A stretch of 32,000 nt of DNA. Source: Neisseria shayeganii 871 (GTDB taxonomy: Bacteria > Pseudomonadota > Gammaproteobacteria > Burkholderiales > Neisseriaceae). Below are positions 17,977 to 25,031 of this stretch, piece after piece (within the stretch, counting starts at the first letter, position 1; the number at the start of each line of letters is the position of its first letter). The notes below the pieces were generated by a model. It saw only the letters and a list, made by a program, of their open reading frames with translations, was not told the origin of the DNA and did no database searches. The stretch lies in assembly GCF_000226875.1 (NCBI RefSeq), contig NZ_JH164926.1:2290135-2322134 (forward strand), written 5' to 3'. Position numbers and translations under genes: made by a program.

Positions 17977-18761
17977 AATGGCTGTTTGCCATCTTGGTGG
18001 CTTTGAATATCATTGTTTTCGGGGGCATGCTGTTCAGCCGCATGGGCGCACCGCAACAGCAGCAGGCCGCCGCACCGCCAGCCGCTCCCGCCCAGCCGAC
18101 CGTGGTACAGATTCACACCGGCGCCCAACCAGCGGCCCCCGCGCCACAAGCGCCCGCCCAACCCGCCGCTCCCACAAGCGCCCAAACAACGCCGCGCACA
18201 CCGGCATCCGCGCCCCGCCGCGCCAACGAAACCGCCGGCAAACCGGCCGAACCCGCCGCACCGAAACAAAACGACAGCGGCATCCGTGCCCCAGCCACCG
18301 CCTGCACCGCCACCGCCGTGATGCCCGAAGACGATTACCACCGCATCAAAGGCCTGCTCAGCCGCTGGCCGCATTCCGCCACCCGCGTGGTCGAGCGGCG
18401 CAACGACAGCCGCCAGGCCGCCGCCCGCTACCAAGTCAGCGTGGCGGTTGACGGCGACCAGCAGGAAACCGCCGCCAAACTCAAATCGCTGGGCCTAAAC
18501 GCCACGCCCGCCGGCGGCCGCCTCAACATCGGCACCTTCAACAACGAGCAGCAAGCAGAGCGTGCCGCCGCCCGCGCCCGCCAGGTCGGCCTGGTGCCGC
18601 AAATCAACCGCACAGGCTCCGGCGGCAGCGAGCAATCCGCCGCCTTGGGCGAATCCAAAATGCAGCTGACCTTTATTAATGTGGACGATGCCGCCGCCGC
18701 CGGCATCAGCGGCGTCATCGGCCGCTATGCTTCCCTGCGTCGGGCACCGTGCCGCCGCTGA
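17973..18761 (+). CDS. SPOR domain-containing membrane protein
   Basis: 262 aa. ATGA overlap with birA/coaX. N-terminal TM (WLFAILVALNIIVFGGMLF), a long Pro/Ala-rich linker, then a SPOR-like repeat (YQVSVAV.....A.KLKSLGL.A....GRLNIGTFNNEQQAERAAARARQVG). Confidence 0.75.
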   Translation: MKWLFAILVALNIIVFGGMLFSRMGAPQQQQAAAPPAAPAQPTVVQIHTGAQPAAPAPQAPAQPAAPTSAQTTPRTPASAPRRANETAGKPAEPAAPKQNDSGIRAPATACTATAVMPEDDYHRIKGLLSRWPHSATRVVERRNDSRQAAARYQVSVAVDGDQQETAAKLKSLGLNATPAGGRLNIGTFNNEQQAERAAARARQVGLVPQINRTGSGGSEQSAALGESKMQLTFINVDDAAAAGISGVIGRYASLRRAPCRR

Positions 18762-18813
18762 CGGCCTCCCCCAACCGACCGCTTCCCCTTTTCCACCGTG
18801 TGAGTGCGCCACC

Positions 18814-19290
18814 ATGGATACCCCTCTGATTCAGCAAGTGACCGAACGGCTGGCCGAACGCGGCGAAACCGTTACCTGCGCCGAGTCTTGCACCGGTGGC
18901 CTGTTGGCTGCCGAAATGACCCGCCTGCCCGGCAGCTCGGCGTGGTTTGAAACCGGCTTCGTGACCTACAGCGACCAAGCCAAACAACAGCTCTTGGGCG
19001 TGAATGCCGCCACCCTGCGCCACTACGGCGCGGTGAGCGAACAAACCGTGCGCGAAATGGCCTTGGGCGCCTTGATTGCGGCCAAAGCAGACTACGCCTT
19101 GAGCATTTCCGGTATCGCCGGGCCCGACGGCGGCAGCGAGGAAAAACCGGTTGGCACCGTTTGGTTCGGCTTGGCCACCAAACAGCGGATTTGGGCCAAG
19201 CAACACCAATTCTCGGGCGACCGCCAAGCCGTGCGCAGCCAATCGGTGCAGTTTGCCCTGCTCATGCTCAAGCGCTATTTGGAACGCTGA
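18814..19290 (+). CDS. pncC: CinA C-terminal domain protein / nicotinamide-nucleotide amidohydrolase
   Basis: The internal ATG 18814 gives MDTPLIQQV...TCAESCTGGLLAA...ISGIAGPDGG..EKPVGTVWF, the PncC/CinA-C signature. The upstream part of the track ORF overlaps the SPOR gene. Confidence 0.88.
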   Translation: MDTPLIQQVTERLAERGETVTCAESCTGGLLAAEMTRLPGSSAWFETGFVTYSDQAKQQLLGVNAATLRHYGAVSEQTVREMALGALIAAKADYALSISGIAGPDGGSEEKPVGTVWFGLATKQRIWAKQHQFSGDRQAVRSQSVQFALLMLKRYLER

Positions 19291-19342
19291 TCCCGCAACC
19301 CATCGTCATTCGGTTGAGTCAAATTTCGTTATTTTTCTTTAA

Positions 19343-19399
19343 ACGCAGGCCAGCTGAAACCGCCTTATTTGCAAGATGCGGTTTTCAGGTAGCCTGCGT
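19343..19399. terminator. Hairpin made of a degenerate DUS plus a perfect DUS, downstream of pncC
   Basis: ACGCAGGCCAGCTGAAACCGC ... GCGGTTTTCAGGTAGCCTGCGT. The left arm differs from the DUS at 2 positions. Confidence 0.55.
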
Positions 19400-19479
19400 C
19401 TGCATGATTGGATAGGGATTTCGCGACCGCCCGATCCGATCGCCCCAAGCGGGGCAGACCGCCATCATCCGCCAATAGC

Positions 19480-19508
19480 TTGAAAATAGAAATAGTTCGT
19501 ATTAGAAT
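19480..19508 (+). promoter_or_regulatory. Candidate sigma70 promoter of tonB-exbBD with an overlapping AT-rich Fur-box-like stretch
   Basis: TTGAAA (19480-19485), a 17-nt spacer, then TAGAAT (19503-19508). The spacer AATAGAAATAGTTCGTA is loosely Fur-box-like. The -10 ends only 9 nt before the tonB ATG, implying a near-leaderless mRNA. By-eye prediction only. Confidence 0.3.
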
Positions 19509-19517
19509 GCGCGGACT

Positions 19518-20441
19518 ATGCAAAACGATGACCGTTCTCTTTCCCTAACCGTACTGCTGTGCGTGATTGCTGCGCACATTGCAGTTTTTTTTGGCATCGC
19601 CCTGTTCAAAACGCCCGAGCCGCCATTGGAGCCGCCCGGGCTGAGTTTCGTGGATTTGGGCATGGCCGGCGGCGGGTCAGGCGGCGAAGGGGGCGGCGCA
19701 CCGGGTGGAGACAGTGCACCGCCGGCCGAACCGGAGCCGCCCAAACCGCAACCCAAGCCCGAACCGCGCAAACCCCAACCTCGGGCCACGCCCAAACCGC
19801 AAGAGCGTATCCAACCGGTTATCCGCCGCGACGACCGGCCGGCCGATGTGGTGCAAACCAAGCCCGAACCCAAACCGGAGCCTAAGCCCGAACCGAAGGT
19901 CGACCCCGCGCGTCAGGAATCCTCGCGCCCGAACAATAACCAGCCCGCCAATAACCGCAACACGCAAAATGCCGCTTCACAAAACCCATCCGGCAGCGGA
20001 GAAGGCAACAGCGCCGGTTCCGGCAGCGGCGGCAGCGGTGCATCAGGTTCCGGCAGCGGCCAAGGCCAAGGCAGCGGTGACGGCACCGGCAACGGCCCGG
20101 GTAGCGGCGGCGGCAGTGGCGGCGGTTCCGGAAACGGGGGCGGCGGTGGCGGCGACGTAACCTTACCCTCCCACACCGGCGGCTTCCTGAACAACCCCCG
20201 CCCGCCCTATCCGAAACAATTGGAAGAAGACGGCGTCAGCGGCACGGTGCGCCTGCGCGTGATGGTGGAAGCCAACGGCAAACCCTCCAGCGTGGAAGTG
20301 GTGAGCGCTACCCACCCCCTGTTTGCCCGCAGCGCCAAAGAAACCGTGGCCAATGCCTACACCTTCCGCCCGGCCACCCGCAACGGCCAGCCCGTCCGCC
20401 ACCCCTACACCTTTACCATCCGTTTCCGGGCGCCCAACTGA
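19518..20441 (+). CDS. tonB: Energy transducer TonB
   Basis: 307 aa. N-terminal TM with His at residue 20, a Pro-rich rigid rod (EPEPPKPQPKPEPRKPQP, KPEPKPEPKPEPK), and a C-terminal TonB domain (YPKQLEEDGVSGTVRLRVMVEANGKPSSVEVVSATHPLFARSAKETV). Has an extra Gly/Ser-rich insert. Confidence 0.92.
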   Translation: MQNDDRSLSLTVLLCVIAAHIAVFFGIALFKTPEPPLEPPGLSFVDLGMAGGGSGGEGGGAPGGDSAPPAEPEPPKPQPKPEPRKPQPRATPKPQERIQPVIRRDDRPADVVQTKPEPKPEPKPEPKVDPARQESSRPNNNQPANNRNTQNAASQNPSGSGEGNSAGSGSGGSGASGSGSGQGQGSGDGTGNGPGSGGGSGGGSGNGGGGGGDVTLPSHTGGFLNNPRPPYPKQLEEDGVSGTVRLRVMVEANGKPSSVEVVSATHPLFARSAKETVANAYTFRPATRNGQPVRHPYTFTIRFRAPN

Positions 20442-20483
20442 GCCTCCCCATTTCCAACTTGATTGCCATACATAGGAACATCC

Positions 20484-21140
20484 ATGGATTTATTACAAGT
20501 CTTCAAACACGGCGACGCCGTCTTGATTGCCGTTTTCCTGATTTTGGTGCTGATGAGCATCGTCACTTGGTGGATCATCATCATGCGCGCCATCAAGCTG
20601 CATAAAATCAAACATGCCTGCCGCGGCACCGTGGAAGCCGTGGCCACTTCAAACAATGTTGAGGACATGCTGCGCAAGGCCAAAGCCCATCCGTCCCCAC
20701 TGAGCGAGCTGACCGAATCGGCCGTGGCCGCCGCCCGCCAATACCGCGCCTGCAGCGGCATCCCGCTGACCACCATTCCGCTGGCCGACTATCTGGTGCA
20801 GCACATCCGCAACCAGCTCACCACCATCAAACGCCCGCTGAACGGCGGCCTCACCATCCTCGCCTCCGTCGGCGCCACCGCCCCGTTTATCGGCCTGCTC
20901 GGCACCGTTTGGGGCATTTACCGCGCCCTGCACAACATCAGCCTGCAGGGCCAAGTGAACATCGCCACCGTGGCCGGTCCCATCGGCGAAGCGCTGGTGG
21001 CCACCGCCATCGGCCTGTTCGCCGCCATTCCCGCCGTATTGGCCTACAACTTCATCGTGCACCACAACAAAAAAGTGGCACAGGTATTGGACACCTACGC
21101 CTACGACCTGCACGTCAAGCTGATGAACGACAAGGAGTAA
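20484..21140 (+). CDS. exbB: TonB-system proton channel ExbB (MotA/TolQ/ExbB family)
   Basis: The track start 20463 is TTG. ATG 20484 follows AGGAACA. Has the LASVGATAPFIGLLGTVWGI...GPIGEALVATAIGLFAAIPAVLAYN signature. Confidence 0.93.
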   Translation: MDLLQVFKHGDAVLIAVFLILVLMSIVTWWIIIMRAIKLHKIKHACRGTVEAVATSNNVEDMLRKAKAHPSPLSELTESAVAAARQYRACSGIPLTTIPLADYLVQHIRNQLTTIKRPLNGGLTILASVGATAPFIGLLGTVWGIYRALHNISLQGQVNIATVAGPIGEALVATAIGLFAAIPAVLAYNFIVHHNKKVAQVLDTYAYDLHVKLMNDKE

Positions 21141-21144
21141 AGCC

Positions 21145-21579
21145 ATGGCTTTCGGTTCGATGAACGAGGGCGACGACGCCCCGATGGCCGACATCAACGT
21201 CACCCCGCTGGTGGACGTGATGCTGGTGCTGCTGATCGTTTTCATGATCACCATGCCGGTGATGACCCACTCCGTGCCCCTACAGCTGCCCACCGCCTCG
21301 GAAAAACAGCAGCAGGAAAACCAGCCGCAGCCCAAAGACCCGCTGCGCATCAGCATCAATGCCGACGGCCAATACCACCTGGCCGAAGGCGAAGCGCTGC
21401 TCTTTAAAGATTTGGAAGCGCGCCTGCTGCAAATCGGCAAGGAAAACCCCGATACCGTGATTGCGATTGCCGCCGACAAAAACGTGCCTTTCGAACGGGT
21501 GGAAGACGCCCTAAGCGCCGTGCGAGACGCCGGCCTGAGCAAAGTGGGTTTTGTCACCCAAGAAGCGGACAGCCGCTAA
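21145..21579 (+). CDS. exbD: TonB-system transport protein ExbD
   Basis: 144 aa. AAGGAG RBS. INVTPLVDVMLVLLIVFMIT motif typical of ExbD/TolR. Confidence 0.93.
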   Translation: MAFGSMNEGDDAPMADINVTPLVDVMLVLLIVFMITMPVMTHSVPLQLPTASEKQQQENQPQPKDPLRISINADGQYHLAEGEALLFKDLEARLLQIGKENPDTVIAIAADKNVPFERVEDALSAVRDAGLSKVGFVTQEADSR

Positions 21580-21598
21580 CACCTACCTCCGGCTCAAA

Positions 21599-21660
21599 AA
21601 CAGGCTACCTGAAAACCAGCCACGCAAGTTTCTGCGTAGTTTGTTTTCAGGTAGCCTGTT
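21599..21660. terminator. DUS inverted pair with a long loop; between exbD and the baeRF-like gene
   Basis: AACAGGCTACCTGAAAAC-(26 nt)-GTTTTCAGGTAGCCTGTT, between convergent genes. Confidence 0.65.
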
Positions 21661-21706
21661 GGATTGCTGCCGGATGGTTTTCCGGCAGCCGCCTCATTTC
21701 TTTAAA

Positions 21707-22795
21707 TCAATAACGGGTAACCGCCACCACGCCGTGCTCGGCCTGTTGCGCGGCCAAGCGGCCGTTATCGACAAATTTCACTTGGCCGCCGGCGGCCAGC
21801 ACTTTCTCAATCATCTCGTCCACGATGTCTTCATAAGTGCGCTCGGATGCGGTGAAACCTTCCGGCAACAGCGTGAGTTGGCGGCCGTCTTCGCTGACCT
21901 CGGCAGCCAGGCTGCTGTCTTCTTCCACCACCAGCATTTCCGCCCGGCCGTCGATGGCGGCCTGCCACACCTCGTTGAGGCTGTCGACAAAGCGGTGGTT
22001 GCTCTTGGCCGCTTCCAAATCGGCAAACACTTTTTCGCGCTCCTGGCTCAGGGCTTCTTTCACCTGCGGCCAAATATGCTGTGCCAGCTGATGCTCGCTT
22101 TCTTCGTTGTGGCCGCTGTGGATATACAGCATTACCTCGTCGCTGTTGCGCGCGCCTTCGCGGAAGTGGCCGATGTTGCGGTCCACGCCCACCACCACGA
22201 TGGGGGCGGGAATCTGTTTTTGCGCTTCGGCCAAAGCATCGCCGATTTCACGCATATTGTCGGCCACAATCTGGTCGCGCACATGGCTGATGTCCTGGCT
22301 GGGGCTGGCGCTGGCCACGGTGTTGGCCAGGCTGAAAGGGAAGCCGTAGGCGTGCACTTCGTTGAGCAGGTCTTTGCGGCCGACAAACAGGCGTGAGCCA
22401 TGCTCGCTCAATACGGTGAGCAAATACAGCGGGCTGCGGTTCATGGCATACACCAGATCGCGGGTAACGAAGTTGTCTTCAATGCTCACGCGCTCGGGCA
22501 CGCGGAAGGGCAGCTTGAACGACTCGCTGTATTCGGCGCTGGCAAAAATCACCAAGCCGTCGAGATTGTGCTCATGGTCCACCTCATCGGCCAAACGATG
22601 GATAGCGGCGGCGATATCCGCCGTTTCGCGTTTGCCGAACTCCTCTTCCAAGCGGGCAACCGCTTCGCTCACCAAGTTTTTCAGCCGAATGGGGTCTTTG
22701 TCGTTGTCGGGGGAAGTGCGGTAGGTCGGCAGGGTGATGGTCACACTCGGGTAAGCCTGCTTGCTTTGGATGTCTTTGATGGTGGCCAGATTCAT
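21707..22795 (-). CDS. eRF1-like protein of the bacterial archaeo-eukaryotic release factor (baeRF) type; function unknown
   Basis: 362 aa. The N-terminus (PSVTITLPTYRTSPDNDKDPIRLKNLVSEAVARL) matches, from memory, the ...vSiYlPThr.....qDpIrLKNLl.eA... opening of baeRF-family proteins. The C-terminus ends GVVAVTRY, like the G.aAiLRY end of eRF1/Pelota domain 3. Bracketed by DUS terminators. Confidence 0.6.
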   Translation of the reverse strand: MNLATIKDIQSKQAYPSVTITLPTYRTSPDNDKDPIRLKNLVSEAVARLEEEFGKRETADIAAAIHRLADEVDHEHNLDGLVIFASAEYSESFKLPFRVPERVSIEDNFVTRDLVYAMNRSPLYLLTVLSEHGSRLFVGRKDLLNEVHAYGFPFSLANTVASASPSQDISHVRDQIVADNMREIGDALAEAQKQIPAPIVVVGVDRNIGHFREGARNSDEVMLYIHSGHNEESEHQLAQHIWPQVKEALSQEREKVFADLEAAKSNHRFVDSLNEVWQAAIDGRAEMLVVEEDSSLAAEVSEDGRQLTLLPEGFTASERTYEDIVDEMIEKVLAAGGQVKFVDNGRLAAQQAEHGVVAVTRY

Positions 22796-23014
22796 GGCTT
22801 TCCTTTCATATCAATCAATGGAGCCTGAAACTCAGGCACTCGGCTCAGATCAGCTTCAACCGCGCCCAATGTCGTGCGCGATAGCGTCAAATCATTTCTT
22901 ATCACCGCAATTGGCAGCAAATGCCCATTTTTCAAACCAAAACCTTTATTTTTAACGCGAACTAACCACTTGCGCACAAAGCCTTACTTTCAGATCGGCT
23001 CCAGCAAAGCAAAC

Positions 23015-23036
23015 AGGCTACCTGAACACGTTTCAG
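23015..23036. repeat. Interrupted DUS inverted pair (full left half, right half cut after TTCAG)
   Basis: AGGCTACCTGAA-cacgt-TTCAG then ATAATATC... Every other pair in the window continues GTAGCCT at this point. Confidence 0.85.
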
Positions 23037-23193
23037 ATAATATCTTAGCCGGTCAATGTAAAAATTTTGTGATTTATGCAATTTGCTGATTTTTATAGTT
23101 AAATTGTGTTACGCTTTTGCATTGGCAATAGCTTACCCGCCGCTTCCGTATTGATGGAGGCGGTTTTTTTATGGGTGCATGGCGTTGCGCCGC

Positions 23194-24162
23194 CTATGCG
23201 GTTTTGGACGGAAGGCCGTATCTGGACGGATCGAAATCTTGACCGTTGTGCCAGAGATTCCAGGCGATGGCGGCCAGTTTGCGCATGAGTGCGACGAGAA
23301 TAACCTTTGTGGGCTTGCCTTTGGCTTTCAGCCTATCAACAAATTTGGCGAAAAAGCCGAAGCGATAGGCGACCAAAGCTGGCATATAGAGTTCGCCTTT
23401 CAAGATGCGGTTTCCGTATTTTGACAGGCGCTCTTTTCTGTTTACCGATGTACCGGATTTTTGCCATTGCGGAGCTAATCCGGCAAAGGCAATGAATTTG
23501 TTTTCGGTGTCAAAGCGGTACATGGTCAGATAATGTGCGAGAACTGAAGCGGTGGTTTGGCCAATGCCGGGAATGGTTTGCAGTTTGGCCGCTGCCTGCC
23601 TAGATTCCGCCTGCTCAGTCAAAGTAGCCAATTGCTCTTTGACTGCTTCAATGTGGTTTTTGAATTCTTCGGCCTGCTTGGCCAAGATGGTTTTTACAAA
23701 CGGATCTTTGGCCGTTTTGATGCGATTTTTGATGCCGGTTAAATCGCCCCTAAGCTGGCGGAACAGAGTAATGGCGCGACGCATGGCATACTGATCTGCG
23801 CTTGGCTTGACGTAATCTGGCTTTGGCTTCAAATCGCGACAATATTCCGCAATCAGCTTGGCATCTTGTTTGTCTGTTTTGGTGCGCTGAAAGCGGCTTT
23901 TGGCAAAAGATTTAATTTTCAGCGGGTTCACAACGCTTACAGGATAACCTTGTTCAACCATGAAATCGGCCAATCCTTCGTAGTAGACGCCGGTGGCTTC
24001 CATGCAGATATGCGGCTGGATTCCGAGCTCTTCGATCGCTGCCTGCGCTTTCAGGTAGCCTGAACGGTTATTACTGATCTGTAAATAGTGCTGTTTGTTT
24101 TCCAGCAACAAAAAGCATAAGTCAATTTTATCTTTTGAGACATCACAGCCAAGTATTGTCAT
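23194..24162 (-). CDS. IS110-family (DEDD RuvC-like plus Ser Tnp domain) transposase/recombinase
   Basis: 322 aa. Has ILGCDVSKDKID (first D), CMEATGVYY (E), KTDKQDA (D..D), a central coiled-coil region, IPGIGQTTA and AGLAPQWQKSGTS (conserved Ser). This is the classic IS110/IS1111 layout. AAGGAAAA RBS upstream. Confidence 0.9.
   Translation of the reverse strand: MTILGCDVSKDKIDLCFLLLENKQHYLQISNNRSGYLKAQAAIEELGIQPHICMEATGVYYEGLADFMVEQGYPVSVVNPLKIKSFAKSRFQRTKTDKQDAKLIAEYCRDLKPKPDYVKPSADQYAMRRAITLFRQLRGDLTGIKNRIKTAKDPFVKTILAKQAEEFKNHIEAVKEQLATLTEQAESRQAAAKLQTIPGIGQTTASVLAHYLTMYRFDTENKFIAFAGLAPQWQKSGTSVNRKERLSKYGNRILKGELYMPALVAYRFGFFAKFVDRLKAKGKPTKVILVALMRKLAAIAWNLWHNGQDFDPSRYGLPSKTA
24050..24061 (-). 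repeat. DUS inside the IS110-family recombinase coding sequence
   Basis: Exact TTCAGGTAGCCT (codons SGYLK on the minus strand). It is the only perfect DUS to the right of 23037. Confidence 0.85.
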
Positions 24163-24361
24163 ATGGAATTTTCCTTATATTCAGCTTTGTAGCTATTGAT
24201 AATATCCAATCTTAATGATTCCGGCGTCCAATCTGAAACCCAGCCTGAAGGCTTGGTGGCTTTACGGACTTGTGCCGGTCTTGCCGCGCAAGGCAAGGTA
24301 GCTGATAGTAGCAAGCAATTGCTGATAATTTAAAGGTTTTTTGGGCGTTCCCTTCGGGCAT

Positions 24362-24466
24362 GGCGGTGCGTTCTCGCCTGCGGTTATTTCAAACGATGGT
24401 TTACGTTTGAAAAACCTCCGACAACCGAACGCATTTTCCGCTGGATACATGCCCTGCGGGGCGGGC
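24362..24466 (+). repeat. Structured ~105-nt repeat, copy R1
   Basis: GGCGG box, a 9-bp stem TTTCAAACG/CGTTTGAAA (24387-24395/24404-24412) with an 8-nt loop, an AAAACCTCCGACAACCG box, and a second CCGC/GCGG hairpin. Confidence 0.75.
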
Positions 24467-24583
24467 TAAAATTCTGTAATTTCTCATGCTTGCAAAAACA
24501 GAACGGAGCCTGGGTCTCCGCCTCTTCAGGTCTATATCCCTAACGCATCTATTCCCACCCCGAGCAGCGGCCGCAGCGGCAAA

Positions 24584-24688
24584 GGCGGCATGCCCTCGCC
24601 TATGGTTATTTCAGGTGATAGTTTGCACCTGAAAAACCTCCGGCAACCGAGCATGATTTCCGCTGGTCTTTACCACTGCGGCCGCCGC
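24584..24688 (+). repeat. Structured ~105-nt repeat, copy R2
   Basis: Same architecture as R1. Stem TTTCAGGTG/CACCTGAAA (24609-24617/24626-24634). A gap-free hand alignment to R1 gives 70/104 identical positions. Confidence 0.75.
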
Positions 24689-24756
24689 TCACCACCCCAT
24701 TTTTTTTTATTTCTACAGGCCGGCAGGCGTTTGTGGGAGCAAGCCGCTACGTTAAT

Positions 24757-24950
24757 TTTTAAAGCATCAGTCCGGCTATCGGGTCTATGGGGCTGGTGCG
24801 ATTGAAGCATCCATAAAAAAGCAGTCAATACGGTATTCATAAAGAAATTCGTTGAATTTCTTTACAAAGCTTCCGTATTGACTGCTTTTTTATTCCTGCT
24901 TTTTCAATCGCGCCCCATACGACTCCGATAGCCGGACTGATGCTTTAAAA
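24757..24950. repeat. 194-nt nested imperfect palindrome (candidate packaging signal / minus-strand origin / bidirectional terminator)
   Basis: Outer arms are TTTTAAAGCATCAGTCCGGCTATCGG...CGATTGAA (24757-24806) and TTCAATCG...CCGATAGCCGGACTGATGCTTTAAAA (24903-24950). Inside is a perfect 19-bp IR, AAAAAAGCAGTCAATACGG (24815-24833) / CCGTATTGACTGCTTTTTT (24873-24891). The innermost IR is AAAGAAATT/AATTTCTTT (24841-24849/24855-24863). Confidence 0.8.
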
Positions 24951-25031
24951 AAAAACTTCGCTAACCGTTTTGCCCCTCCAACCCCTCCTACCGTCCTGAG
25001 GCGGGGAAAACCCAACCTGAAAGGAAAAGAC

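Larger units (their letters stand above)
23037..24188 (-). mobile_element. IS110/IS1111-family insertion unit (boundaries inferred)
   Basis: Removing 23037-24188 would join TTCAG (23032-23036) to GTAGCT (24189-24194) and rebuild the second half of a DUS inverted pair. The unit has 26 nt upstream and 157 nt downstream of the recombinase CDS, and no terminal inverted repeats, as expected for this family. Confidence 0.55.

Noticed and set aside
20649-21557. 302-aa minus-strand ORF
   Set aside because: It is antisense to exbB and exbD, both of which have clear family signatures and RBSs.
21551-22396. 281-aa plus-strand ORF overlapping the baeRF-like gene
   Set aside because: The opposite-strand 362-aa ORF has a recognisable N- and C-terminal family pattern and sensible boundaries between two terminators. 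The plus-strand product is His/Ala/Phe-rich low complexity and would begin inside the end of exbD.
22360-22420. GGQ tripeptide in the baeRF-like protein as a possible peptidyl-tRNA hydrolysis motif
   Set aside because: It lies at residues 336-338 in the C-terminal domain. It is not in the middle-domain loop where eRF1 carries GGQ, and is most likely coincidental.
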